Positions 31,438-40,854 of a stretch of 64,000 nucleotides of DNA are shown one piece after another. A model generated the notes under the pieces. The model was not told where the DNA came from and made no database searches. It saw nothing but the letters and a program-made list of their open reading frames with translations. The position numbers and the translations under genes were made by a program. Location of the stretch: NCBI GenBank assembly GCA_003221655.1, contig QHSV01000236.1, positions 1,041-65,040 of the forward strand. Direction: 5' to 3'. The stretch is from Candidatus Rokuibacteriota bacterium (GTDB lineage: Bacteria; Methylomirabilota; Methylomirabilia; Rokubacteriales; CSP1-6). Within the stretch, counting starts at the first letter, position 1; every line of letters begins with the position of its first letter.

Positions 31438-32505
31438 ATGATCAACCGCGAGTGTGGCGTGTACCAGACGACCTACGAAGGCGACATGGCTCTCTACCCG
31501 CTGCCGCTCGCCCGCTACTCCACCCTGGGCGCGGTCGCGATCCTGCTTCTGCTCCCGCTCGCCCTCGACAGCCACGCCATGTCGCTCGCCAACCTCATGC
31601 TGCTGGCCAGCATCGGTGCCATCGGGCTCAATATCCTCGTCGGCTACACCGGTCAGGTCTCGCTCGGACACGGCGCCTTCATGATGGTGGGCTCCTACAC
31701 GGCCGCCCTGGTCACCGTGAGGCTCGGTCTGCCCTTCTGGGTGGGTCTGCCGGCGGGAGGGGCGGTGGCGGCTCTGGTCGGAGCGTTCTTCGGCATCCCC
31801 TCGCTCCGCATCAAGGGCCTCTACCTCGCCATCGCCACATTGGCCGGCCAGTTCATCATCGAGTGGACGATCAACCACAGCACCTGGATCAGCGGCGGCG
31901 TGCAATCGACCCTCTACGTGCCGACGCCCACGTTCCTCGGCTGGGAGATCAACAGCGAGTATCGGCGCTACTTCATGGTGCTGCCCGTCGCGATCGTCGC
32001 CTACGTGGCGGCCCTGAACCTCGTGCGGAGCCGGGTCGGTCGCGCGTTCATCGCGGTCCGCGACCGCGACATCGCGGCCGAGATCATCGGCGTGGACATC
32101 TTCCGCTACAAGCTCCTCGCGTTCGCCGTCAGCTCCTTCTACGCGGGCGTGGCGGGCGCTCTCTGGACCTACTATCTCAAGATCGCGAACTACGAGCACT
32201 TCACGCTCGCCACCTCGGTGTCGTACCTGGCGATGATCATCATCGGCGGACTGGGCAGCGTGCTGGGCTCGGTCTTCGGCGCCGTCTTCATCACCCTGCT
32301 GCCGATCGTGCTCGTATACGTGGTCGAGGGCGGCGCCGCCCTCTTCGGCTTCAAGTACGCGGCGATCGCCGACTTCCTGGCGAACCTCAGACTGATCATC
32401 TTCGGCGGGCTGATCATCCTGTTCTTGGCCATCGAGCCGGAGGGGCTCTTCCGGATGTGGGGCAACGTGAAACGGTACTTTCGTCTGTGGCCGTATTCAT
32501 ATTGA
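31438..32505 (+). CDS. Liv-type ABC permease (LivM-like), second cluster
   Basis: NILVGYTGQVSLGHG, AVRDRDIAAE. Confidence 0.92.
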   Translation: MINRECGVYQTTYEGDMALYPLPLARYSTLGAVAILLLLPLALDSHAMSLANLMLLASIGAIGLNILVGYTGQVSLGHGAFMMVGSYTAALVTVRLGLPFWVGLPAGGAVAALVGAFFGIPSLRIKGLYLAIATLAGQFIIEWTINHSTWISGGVQSTLYVPTPTFLGWEINSEYRRYFMVLPVAIVAYVAALNLVRSRVGRAFIAVRDRDIAAEIIGVDIFRYKLLAFAVSSFYAGVAGALWTYYLKIANYEHFTLATSVSYLAMIIIGGLGSVLGSVFGAVFITLLPIVLVYVVEGGAALFGFKYAAIADFLANLRLIIFGGLIILFLAIEPEGLFRMWGNVKRYFRLWPYSY

Positions 32506-32552
32506 GGAGATGGGGCGTTCGATCCTGTCGTGCCACTGACAAGGAGGGCGAC

Positions 32553-33782
32553 ATGAAAGTCAGAGGATGGTTGACAGCGGTTCTCACCATCGTGCTGGTG
32601 GTGGGGCTGGTGGTGCCGGCGATGGCCAGTCACGTCATCAAGTTCGGTGGACAGTGCGACCGCACCGGGGCGACCAAGGTCGTCGGGGTGGAGATCTGCC
32701 CCGGCCTGACCGACTACGTGGCCCTCGTCAACAAGAAGGGCGGCGTGCTCGGCCACAAGCTCGAGTACACGGAGATCGAGCACGGGTACACGGTGGACCG
32801 CGGCGTGGAAGCCTACGAGCGGCTCAAGCGCGACGGCGCGGTGGCCATCTTCGACTACGGGACGCCGATCGTGTACGCGTTGACGCCGCGGCACATGGAC
32901 GACAAGATCCCGGGCATCACGCCGGGGTTCGGCCGAGCGGACTCCACGGACGGCACCGCCTGGCCCTTTATTTTCCCGATGGCCGCGACCTACTGGTCTC
33001 AGGCGGGCGCCGGCATGCAGTTCATCAAGGACAACGGGGCCAAGAAGGGCACGAAGATCGCTCACATCTACTACGACAACCCGGCCGGGCGCGAGGGCAT
33101 CCCGATCGTGGAGGCCGTGGCCAAGAAGGAGGGTTACCAGCTCCGGCTGTTCGCGGTGCCGCCGCCGGGAGTCGAGATGGGACCTCAAGTGATCGACATC
33201 ACGCGGCGCTTCAAGGCCGACTGGGTGCTCGGCCACCTGTTCGGCCAGGCGCCGGCTGTGTCCATCAAGGAGTTCAAGCGGGCCGGCTTTCCCATGAACC
33301 GCTTCGTCAGCTTCGTGTGGGGCGCCGGGGAGGCGAACATCGAGGGCGCCGGGTGGGACGTGGCCCAGGGCTACATCGGCATGCAGTACAGCTCCACCGG
33401 CCGCGACCTGCCCGTAATCCGGGAGATCGCACAGAAGGTCTACAAGGACGAAGGCAAGGAGGTGCCCAAGTACGTCGGCAGCGTTTACTACAGCCGGGGC
33501 GTGCTGAACGGTGCCATCCTCGCCGAGGGCGTCCGGCTCGCCGTCCAGAATCACGGCCTGCCAGTGACCGGCGACAAGGTGCGGCTCGGGTTCGAGGCGA
33601 TCAAGAACTTCGACCTCCAGGGGTTCTTGCCGCCCATGACCGTGACCGCGAAGGACCACGAGGGCGGCGGCTGGGTGCGGATGTACCAGGTCAAGGGCAC
33701 GGAGTGGGTGGCCATCACCGACTGGATCCGAGGCTACCGTGATGAAGTCATGACGCTGGTGAAGCAGGCCAACAAGAAGTAA
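32553..33782 (+). CDS. Liv-type ABC substrate-binding protein, second cluster
   Basis: AAGGAGG RBS, signal peptide, YYDNPAGREG, DHEGGG. Confidence 0.92.
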   Translation: MKVRGWLTAVLTIVLVVGLVVPAMASHVIKFGGQCDRTGATKVVGVEICPGLTDYVALVNKKGGVLGHKLEYTEIEHGYTVDRGVEAYERLKRDGAVAIFDYGTPIVYALTPRHMDDKIPGITPGFGRADSTDGTAWPFIFPMAATYWSQAGAGMQFIKDNGAKKGTKIAHIYYDNPAGREGIPIVEAVAKKEGYQLRLFAVPPPGVEMGPQVIDITRRFKADWVLGHLFGQAPAVSIKEFKRAGFPMNRFVSFVWGAGEANIEGAGWDVAQGYIGMQYSSTGRDLPVIREIAQKVYKDEGKEVPKYVGSVYYSRGVLNGAILAEGVRLAVQNHGLPVTGDKVRLGFEAIKNFDLQGFLPPMTVTAKDHEGGGWVRMYQVKGTEWVAITDWIRGYRDEVMTLVKQANKK

Positions 33783-33784
33783 CG

Positions 33785-34585
33785 GTGGCCATGCTCCGGC
33801 TCAACAACGTCGAGGTGGTCTACGACCGGGTCATCCTGGTCCTCAAGGGGATGTCGCTCGAGGTGCCGGAGCAGCGGATCATCACCCTGCTCGGGTCGAA
33901 CGGGGCCGGCAAGAGCACGACGCTCAAGGCCATCTCCGGCCTCCTCAAACCCGAGCGGGGTGAGATCACCACGGGCTCGGTCGAGTTCGCCGGCGAGCGG
34001 ATCGATCACCGCGGACCGGAAGAGATCGTCAAGCGGGGCATCACGCAGGTCATGGAGGGCCGCCGCGTCTTCGACGACCTGACGACGGAGGAGAACCTCC
34101 TGTCGGGTGCCCACACGCGCCGCGGCCTGGCCGAGATCCGCACCGACCTGGCCGCCGTCTACGAGTATTTTCCGCGGCTGGCCGAGCGGAGAACGCTCAA
34201 GGCCGGTTACCTGTCGGGGGGCGAGCAGCAGATGCTGGCGATCGGCCGGGCCCTGATGGCTCGGCCGCGCCTCATGCTTCTCGACGAGCCGTCGCTGGGG
34301 CTCGCCCCGCTCCTGGTCGAGGAGATCTTCCAGATCATCCAGCGGCTCAACCGTCAAGAGAAGCTCACCGTGCTACTGGTCGAGCAGAATGCGGCGATGG
34401 CGCTCACCATCGCCGAGCACGGCTACGTCATGGAGAACGGACGGATCGTGCTGGACGGCCCCGTGGCAGCGCTGCGCGAGAATCCCGACGTGAAGGAGTT
34501 CTACCTCGGCCTCACCGAGGTGGGGACCCGCAAGTCGTACCGCGACGTCAAGCACTACAAACGGCGCAAACGGTGGCTCAGCTAG
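33785..34585 (+). CDS. Liv-type ABC ATP-binding protein (LivF-like), second cluster
   Basis: GSNGAGKST, LSGGEQQML, KHYKRRKRWLS. Confidence 0.93.
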   Translation: MAMLRLNNVEVVYDRVILVLKGMSLEVPEQRIITLLGSNGAGKSTTLKAISGLLKPERGEITTGSVEFAGERIDHRGPEEIVKRGITQVMEGRRVFDDLTTEENLLSGAHTRRGLAEIRTDLAAVYEYFPRLAERRTLKAGYLSGGEQQMLAIGRALMARPRLMLLDEPSLGLAPLLVEEIFQIIQRLNRQEKLTVLLVEQNAAMALTIAEHGYVMENGRIVLDGPVAALRENPDVKEFYLGLTEVGTRKSYRDVKHYKRRKRWLS

Positions 34586-34599
34586 AGGAGGGCTGCGTC

Positions 34600-35076
34600 A
34601 TGCGACGGAACGACGTGAGGAGAGGCGTGCTGATGCTGGTAGGAGCTGTGGGCCTGGCGGCCTGCGCAACGATGCAGCCCGAGCCGACTCTCTACGAGCG
34701 GTTCCGCGTCATCGACGGCGTGGGCACCCCACGTCAGGGGCGAGATGCGATCGGGGTCGTTGTCGAGAGCTTTGTGGCCAACATGGTCGCCGACAGCCGG
34801 GTCAATGCGCGGTTCAAGGACATGCCGCCGGCCGCGAAGGGGAAGCTGACGTCCAACCTCGCCGACCAGATCTGCGAGGCGACCGGCGGGCCCTGCTCCT
34901 ACTACGGCAAGGACATGAAGGCGACGCACACGGGAATGAAGATCACCGAGCCGGAGTGGAACGCGACGGTCGAGAACCTGGTCAAGGCGCTCGACACGCA
35001 CAAGGTGGCCGAACGCGAGAAGAAGGACCTGCTCGGCGCCCTCGGCCCGATGAAGGCGGACATCGTCGGCCAGTAG
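34600..35076 (+). CDS. group I truncated hemoglobin with lipoprotein signal peptide
   Basis: GAGGAGG RBS, lipobox LAAC, TLYER, QICEATGGPCSYYG, DMKATHTGMKIT (proximal His). Confidence 0.88.
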   Translation: MRRNDVRRGVLMLVGAVGLAACATMQPEPTLYERFRVIDGVGTPRQGRDAIGVVVESFVANMVADSRVNARFKDMPPAAKGKLTSNLADQICEATGGPCSYYGKDMKATHTGMKITEPEWNATVENLVKALDTHKVAEREKKDLLGALGPMKADIVGQ

Positions 35077-35080
35077 GCGG

Positions 35081-36598
35081 ATGGGCCCCCAGGCGTTCAC
35101 GGTCTACGACATGCTGGCGCGGGCAGCGACGCTCCACCGCGATGCGCCCGCGCTGATCCAGGGACCGCGCCAGTGGTCCTTCCGCCAGCTCCAGGAGCGG
35201 GCGGATTCGCTAGCGGCCGGACTCGCCGGGCTGGGCGTTTCGCGGGGCGATCGCGTCTGCATTCTCGCCCAGAACGACGCGGCCTATGTGGACCTGTACG
35301 GCGCGTGCGCTCGCCAGGGCATCATCGCGTACCCCATCAACTGGCGGCTCACCGCGCCAGAGGTCGAGCGGGTGGTCGAGCGGGCCGCGCCCAAGATGAT
35401 CGTCGCGGACGCCTCCACCCTGCCGGTGGTGGGCGAGTGGCCCCGCACACAGCGCGCCGTCGCTCACTGGTATCAGCTCGGCGATGCTCCCGCAGAGGGC
35501 TTTCAGGCGCTGTCCAGCCTCTACCGCGAGGGCGTGGCGCCGGCCGCCGCGGACGTCACCGGCGACGATCCCTTCGCGGTGATCTCCACGGCGGCGGTTG
35601 ACGTGATTCCGCGCGGCGCCGTGCTCACGCACACGAACGTCCTCACCGCCTCCTTGGTGATCATCGCCTCTCTCGGCTTCACCGCGGTGGACCGGTATCT
35701 GCTGGCCCTACCGTTGTTCCACGTCACGGCGCTGGGCAATCTGGTGGCGCACCTGCACGCGGGCGGGGCCGGAGTCATGATGACCCGCTTCGACGCCGAG
35801 GAAGCGGTGCGGCTGATCGATGCCCACCACATCACGCACGTCTCGGACTTTCCTCCGGTGCTGGCCAATCTCCTGGACGCGGCGCAGAAGCTCGGCAGCA
35901 AGCTGGCGAGCCTCACGCACGTCTCCGGTCTGGATGCGCCGCCGACCATCCAGCGTCTGCACGCGGAGACGCAGGCCCAGTTCTGGACGGGCTTCGGCCA
36001 GTCCGAGACCAGCGGATTCGTCAGCATTCAGCGCGCGCGCGACAGGCCCGGCGCCGCCGGCAAGCCCATTGCGGTATGCCGGGTGCGTCTGGTCGACGAC
36101 GACGACTGTGACGTGCCCCTGGGGACGCCCGGGGAGATCGTGGTGCGCGGGCCGGTGGTGTTCCAGGGTTACTTCGGCCAGCCGGAGGCGACCGCCTACA
36201 CGCTGCGCAACGGCTGGCACCACACGGGCGACGTGGGCCGCTTCGACGATGACGGCTGGCTCTACTACGTCAAGCGCATGCCGGAGAAGGAACTGATCAA
36301 ACCCGGCGGCGAGAACGTCTATCCCGCCGAGGTGGAATCGGTGATCGTCCAGATGGACGGCGTCAGCGGCGTGTGCGTGTACGGCGTTCCCGACGTCAAG
36401 TGGGGCGAAGCCATCAAGGCGGTCGTGGAAGCTCGGCCCGCCGACCGCTATACCGCTCAGCAGATCGGCGACTTCGTCGTCTCGAAGATCGCTCGCTTCA
36501 AGCGCCCGAGCCGCGTGGTGTTCACCGAGGCCCTGCCTCGGACGGCCGAGGGCGGCGTGGACCGTGACGCCGTGAAGGCTCGCTGGGGCGACGAGTGA
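35081..36598 (+). CDS. AMP-binding acyl-CoA ligase homolog with atypical P-loop
   Basis: GFGQSET, HTGDVG, KPGGENVYPAEVE. The P-loop reads ISTAAVDVIPRGA. Confidence 0.88.
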   Translation: MGPQAFTVYDMLARAATLHRDAPALIQGPRQWSFRQLQERADSLAAGLAGLGVSRGDRVCILAQNDAAYVDLYGACARQGIIAYPINWRLTAPEVERVVERAAPKMIVADASTLPVVGEWPRTQRAVAHWYQLGDAPAEGFQALSSLYREGVAPAAADVTGDDPFAVISTAAVDVIPRGAVLTHTNVLTASLVIIASLGFTAVDRYLLALPLFHVTALGNLVAHLHAGGAGVMMTRFDAEEAVRLIDAHHITHVSDFPPVLANLLDAAQKLGSKLASLTHVSGLDAPPTIQRLHAETQAQFWTGFGQSETSGFVSIQRARDRPGAAGKPIAVCRVRLVDDDDCDVPLGTPGEIVVRGPVVFQGYFGQPEATAYTLRNGWHHTGDVGRFDDDGWLYYVKRMPEKELIKPGGENVYPAEVESVIVQMDGVSGVCVYGVPDVKWGEAIKAVVEARPADRYTAQQIGDFVVSKIARFKRPSRVVFTEALPRTAEGGVDRDAVKARWGDE

Positions 36599-36608
36599 TC
36601 CGGGCCGC

Positions 36609-37757
36609 GTGACGGTCTTCGGCGAGCACCATGAGATGTTCCGCGCGACGGTGCGCGCCTTTGTCGAGCGGGAGGTGATGCCGCACGTCGAGGCGTGGGA
36701 AGCGGCCGGTCGCATTCCGAAGACGATCTGGCCGCGCATGGGCGAGCTGGGCTTCCTGGGCGTCGAGTACGACGAGAAGTACGGCGGCGCCGGCGCTGAC
36801 CTGTTCACCACGGCGGTCCTGCACGAGGAGTGCGCGCGGTCGCGGTCCGGCTCGTTCGCGATGGCCGTCGGCGTCCACACGGACATGGCCTCGCCCCACC
36901 TCTACTGGACGGGCAGCGAGCCGCTGAAGGAGAAGTATCTGCCGGCGATCTGCGGGGGCGAGAAGCTCTGCGCGATCGCGGTCACCGAGCCCGGGGGCGG
37001 CAGCGACGTGGCCGCGATCCGTACCCGCGCCACCCGCGACGGCGCCCACTACGTCCTGAACGGCTCCAAGATGTTCATCACGAACGGCGCGCTGGCGGAC
37101 CTGTACTTCGTTGCCGCCCGCGTCGAGGCCGGCGAGACCACGCGCCGCCACCGGGGCATCTCGATGTTCCTGGTCGAGCGCGAGACGCCGGGCTTCGGCG
37201 TGAGTCGTACGCTGGCCAAGACGGGGATGCTCGCCTCGGACACCGCGGAGCTCTCCTTCCAGGACGCGCGCGTGCCGGCCGAGAACCTGCTCGGGCGCGA
37301 GGGCGTCGGGTTCTACGAGGTCATGCGCGTCTTCCAGCGTGAGCGCCTGGTGGCCGGCCTGCACGCGGTCGCCATGTCCGAGCGCGCGCTCGAGGACACC
37401 ATGGCCTACGTCCGCGAGCGCCAGGCGTTCGGCGGCCCGCTCTCGGAGAAGCAGACCGTGCGCCACAAGCTCGCCGATCTCGCCACGCTGATCGAGGCCG
37501 GGCGCTGGCTCACCTACGCGGCGTGCCAGACATACGCCAGGGGCGATGAGGCGGTGCGCGAGGTCTCCATGGCCAAGCTCTTCACCGCCGAGATGGCCAA
37601 CCGCGTCGCCTACGACTGCGTGCAGCTCCACGGCGGCTACGGGTACATGCGGGAGTACGCGATCGAGCGCTTCGCGCGCGACGTCCGGCTTTTTACGATC
37701 GGCGGCGGCACCAGCGAGATCATGAAGGAGATCATCGCCAAGGAGCTCGACCTCTAG
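36609..37757 (+). CDS. acyl-CoA dehydrogenase (long-chain type)
   Basis: VTEPGGGSDV, LNGSKMFITNG, QRERL, QLHGGYGY, GGGTSEIMK. Confidence 0.94.
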   Translation: MTVFGEHHEMFRATVRAFVEREVMPHVEAWEAAGRIPKTIWPRMGELGFLGVEYDEKYGGAGADLFTTAVLHEECARSRSGSFAMAVGVHTDMASPHLYWTGSEPLKEKYLPAICGGEKLCAIAVTEPGGGSDVAAIRTRATRDGAHYVLNGSKMFITNGALADLYFVAARVEAGETTRRHRGISMFLVERETPGFGVSRTLAKTGMLASDTAELSFQDARVPAENLLGREGVGFYEVMRVFQRERLVAGLHAVAMSERALEDTMAYVRERQAFGGPLSEKQTVRHKLADLATLIEAGRWLTYAACQTYARGDEAVREVSMAKLFTAEMANRVAYDCVQLHGGYGYMREYAIERFARDVRLFTIGGGTSEIMKEIIAKELDL

Positions 37758-37764
37758 CACCCGC

Positions 37765-38607
37765 GTGAGCGCGCCTGACTTCGTCGCCATCGGGCACGTC
37801 ACTCTCGACCGCATCGGCGAAGCCACGCGCCCGGGCGGCGCGGCGCTCTTCGCCGCCGTCACCGCCCATCGGCTCGGGCTCTCCGTCGGACTCCTCACGA
37901 GTCACGGGGACGACTTCCCGCTCGACCTGATTCCGTCCAAGATCGAGGTCGTCAGCATCCCGGCGGCCGACACGACCCGGTTCGAGCACCGGCAGGGCGC
38001 CGGCGGGCGCGTGTCCCACGTGCGCGCCGTCGCCGACCCCCTGACCGTGGCCGACGTTCCGGACGACTGGCGGGAAGCGGCGCTGACCTTGCTCGCCCCT
38101 GTGCTCGACGAGGTCGACCCGATGATCGCGACCCTGTTCACCGACGGCGCCGTGGGTGCGGCGGCCCAGGGGTGGCTGCGTGACACGGCGCCCGACGGGC
38201 TGGTCGTGCCCCGCACCTGGCGCTCTCCCGATCGCCTCTTGCAGTCGGTCCAGGCCCTGTTCCTGAGCCGCGAGGACATCCTGGGTCAGGAGGACGAGGT
38301 GGTCGAGTGGTTCCAGCGCATGCCGGTCGGCGTCCTCACCGCCGACCGCGACGGTGCGCTCCTGTTCGTCAACGGCGAGCGGTACGAGGTTCACCCGCGC
38401 GCGGCGCGAGAGGTGGACCCGACCGGCGCCGGCGACGTCTTCGCGGCGACCTTCCTCATCCAGTATCAGCGCGCCAGCGACCCGTGGGAGGCCGCGACCG
38501 CTGCGGCGTGCGCGGGCTCGCTCGCCGTCGAGGGGGAGGGCTGGTCGACTGTCGCGGATCGCGCAACGCTCGACGCCGCGCTCGCCGACTACGCGCGCAA
38601 CGGGTGA
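37765..38607 (+). CDS. PfkB-family carbohydrate kinase
   Basis: IGHVTLD, PGGAA, VDPTGAGDVFAA. Confidence 0.9.
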   Translation: MSAPDFVAIGHVTLDRIGEATRPGGAALFAAVTAHRLGLSVGLLTSHGDDFPLDLIPSKIEVVSIPAADTTRFEHRQGAGGRVSHVRAVADPLTVADVPDDWREAALTLLAPVLDEVDPMIATLFTDGAVGAAAQGWLRDTAPDGLVVPRTWRSPDRLLQSVQALFLSREDILGQEDEVVEWFQRMPVGVLTADRDGALLFVNGERYEVHPRAAREVDPTGAGDVFAATFLIQYQRASDPWEAATAAACAGSLAVEGEGWSTVADRATLDAALADYARNG

Positions 38608-38652
38608 CGGCGGCTGGCGGCGGGTCAGGTCGGGCGCGATGGGGGTCGAGAG

Positions 38653-38705
38653 GACCACGCGGCACGCGTCCGCTGCTCCGGAGCGGCTGGGCTCCATCCA
38701 GGCGC
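38653..38705. repeat. family-2 repeat, copy 2 (right arm missing)
   Basis: GACCACGCGGCACGCGTCCGC...GCGGCTGGGCTCCATCCAGGCGC matches 17788-17841. Confidence 0.72.
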
Positions 38706-38712
38706 TCCACTC

Positions 38713-39021
38713 CAGACGGGGCGCGCGATCTGGGATGCGCTTCCGATCGAGGCGAAGGGCGAGACGTGGGGCGACGAGATCTACTTCGGCATCGGCCTCA
38801 CGGCGGCCGCCGAGGCGCCCCGCGAGGTCGTTGACGCGGGCGACCTCGGCTACTGGCCGCCGGGCCGCGCCTTCTGCATTTTCTTCGGCCCGACGCCGGT
38901 GAGCCACGCCGACGAGTGCCGCCCGGCGAGCCCAGTGAACGTCGTGGGCAAGGTCGTGGGCGACGCCCGGGTCTTCAAGAAGGTGCGCGCGGGAACGCGT
39001 GTGACGATCGAGCGGCAATGA
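38713..39021 (+). pseudogene. cyclophilin-like fold protein (TM1367 type), 5'-truncated with no start codon
   Basis: QTGRAIWDALP...WGDEIYF...GDLGYWPPGRAFCIFFGPTP...PASPVNVVG...*. There is no in-frame ATG/GTG/TTG between the PfkB stop and this segment, so it is absent from the ORF track. Confidence 0.75.
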
Positions 39022-39043
39022 CCCGACTCCGGAGGAGGGCGCG

Positions 39044-39694
39044 ATGAAGATCTTTCTCGACACGGCGAACCTGGGCGAGATCAAGGAGGGCGTGGCGCTC
39101 GGCGTGGTCGACGGGGTGACCACCAACCCCTCGCTGATCGCCAAGGAGAAGCGTCCGTTCCGGCCGCTCGTCGAGGAGATCTGCGCGATCGTCCCGGGCG
39201 ACGTGAGCCTCGAGGTGGTCGCCACGGACTTCGAGGGCATGGTCAAGGAGGGCGAGGAGCTGGCGCAGGTCGCGCCGAACGCCGTCGTGAAGTGCCCCCT
39301 CACGAAGGACGGCCTCAAGGCCGTGAAGTATCTCTCCGGCAAGGGGATCCGCGTCAACCAGACGCTCTGCTTCTCGGCGACCCAGGCGCTCCTCTCGGCG
39401 AAGGCGGGCGCCGTCTACATCAGTCCGTTCCTCGGACGCCTCGACGACATCTCCCACGTCGGCATGGACCTCGTCCGGGACATCTGCGAGATCTACCGCG
39501 TCCAGGGCTTCAAGACGCAAGTGCTGGCGGCGTCGATCCGCAGCCCGCTCCACGTCGTGGACGCGGCGAAGGCCGGCGCGCACGTCGTGACGCTGCCGTT
39601 CGCGGTGCTCGAGCAGCTCATGAAGCACCCGCTGACCGACATCGGCCTCAAGAAGTTCCTCGACGACTGGGCGAAGCTCGGCGAGAAGATCTAA
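39044..39694 (+). CDS. tal: transaldolase (TalC/MipB type)
   Basis: [18 protein letters not shown] (Glu), VVKCP (Schiff-base Lys), SPFLGR. Glu and Phe at these positions favour transaldolase over FSA. Confidence 0.92.
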   Translation: MKIFLDTANLGEIKEGVALGVVDGVTTNPSLIAKEKRPFRPLVEEICAIVPGDVSLEVVATDFEGMVKEGEELAQVAPNAVVKCPLTKDGLKAVKYLSGKGIRVNQTLCFSATQALLSAKAGAVYISPFLGRLDDISHVGMDLVRDICEIYRVQGFKTQVLAASIRSPLHVVDAAKAGAHVVTLPFAVLEQLMKHPLTDIGLKKFLDDWAKLGEKI

Positions 39695-39715
39695 CGCCGA
39701 GTACGAGTCGAGGCG

Positions 39716-40030
39716 ATGTCGGGTGCCACGGAGATCCCGACGCTGGCCGGCACGATGGACGAGCTGGCCCGTCGGGGTTTCACCGAACACTTCATCCCGG
39801 CGAATGGAAAGCTTCGTGCCGCGGACAGCGGGAAGGTGTTTCCCGCGGACGAGGTGATGATTTCGGAGTATCACCGTTTCGAGGGCGTCTCGGACCCGGA
39901 CGACATGGCGATCCTCTATGCGATCGAGACACGCAGCGGCCTTCGCGGGACGCTGGCCGACGCCTTCGGTGTCTACGCGGACCCGGTGGTGGGCGCGTTC
40001 ATGAAAGAGGTCGTGTTACGGCCGAGCTAG
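39716..40030 (+). CDS. conserved hypothetical small protein
   Basis: GAGG RBS. Motif YHRFEGVSDPDDMAILYAIE...G..GTL.DAFG.Y. Confidence 0.8.
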   Translation: MSGATEIPTLAGTMDELARRGFTEHFIPANGKLRAADSGKVFPADEVMISEYHRFEGVSDPDDMAILYAIETRSGLRGTLADAFGVYADPVVGAFMKEVVLRPS

Positions 40031-40815
40031 CGCCCCCGGAAGGCCGGCTGGCGCTTTTCGCGCCAGGCCTTGTGACCCTCGGCCTTGTCCTCGGTCAGCT
40101 CGAGCGTCGCGAAGCGATAGAGATCGACCAGTGACGCGTCCGATATATTGGGGATGTCCAGGCCCGCGAGCAGGGATTCCTTCGTGAGCCGTGCCGCGAG
40201 CGGCGGCAACGACGCGACGTGCCGCGCCACCTCGAGCGTCTTGTCCATCAGCCGCGCGTGCGGCACCAGCCACTGCGTGAGCCCGATGCGATAGGCTTCC
40301 TCCGCCGTGAGCGGAAAGCCGAGGGCCAGACGCATCGCGTGGCCCTTGCCGACCCAGCGGGCGAGCCGCGCACTGCCGCCGTACGCGGGAAGAATGCCGA
40401 GGGCAACTTGCGGCAGCCGCCACTCCGCCCGCTTGGACGCGACCAGGAGATCGCAGCAGAAGGTCACGATGCAGCCGATGCCGACGGCGTAGCCGTTGAC
40501 GGCGCCGATGATCGGCTTGGGGAAGCTCGCGAGGACCTCGAACGGCCGGGCCCTGCGCTTGGCGATGCCCTTGATGAACTCCGCGGCCGACTTCATCGTG
40601 TGCGTTCGCGGGTCCTTCAGGTTCGCGCCGGCCGAGAAGGCGCCGCCCGCCTCGTCGCCCGTCAGGACGGCGCACCGGATCGTGTCGTCGTCCTCCATGG
40701 CGGCGAAGCAGCGGGTGATGCCCTCGTTGAAGTCGGAGCCCCACGCGTTGCGCGCCTCGGGGCGACTCAGGGTGACGATCCCGATCTCGTCGCGACGCTC
40801 GAATGAAACGGGCAT
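40027..40815 (-). CDS. enoyl-CoA hydratase/isomerase family protein
   Basis: TLSRPEARNA, AFSAGANL, KPIIGAVNGYAVG. AGGAG RBS. Confidence 0.9.
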   Translation of the reverse strand: MPVSFERRDEIGIVTLSRPEARNAWGSDFNEGITRCFAAMEDDDTIRCAVLTGDEAGGAFSAGANLKDPRTHTMKSAAEFIKGIAKRRARPFEVLASFPKPIIGAVNGYAVGIGCIVTFCCDLLVASKRAEWRLPQVALGILPAYGGSARLARWVGKGHAMRLALGFPLTAEEAYRIGLTQWLVPHARLMDKTLEVARHVASLPPLAARLTKESLLAGLDIPNISDASLVDLYRFATLELTEDKAEGHKAWREKRQPAFRGR

Positions 40816-40854
40816 GGTTGGCTCCTGCGGGTGAGATGGTCGCCGAACTGCACG

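Noticed and set aside
38605-38607. pfkB TGA read-through into the in-frame cyclophilin-like domain as a third selenoprotein
   Set aside because: The TGA is at the natural PfkB C-terminus, not at a Cys-equivalent position, and the intervening sequence is repeat-derived.
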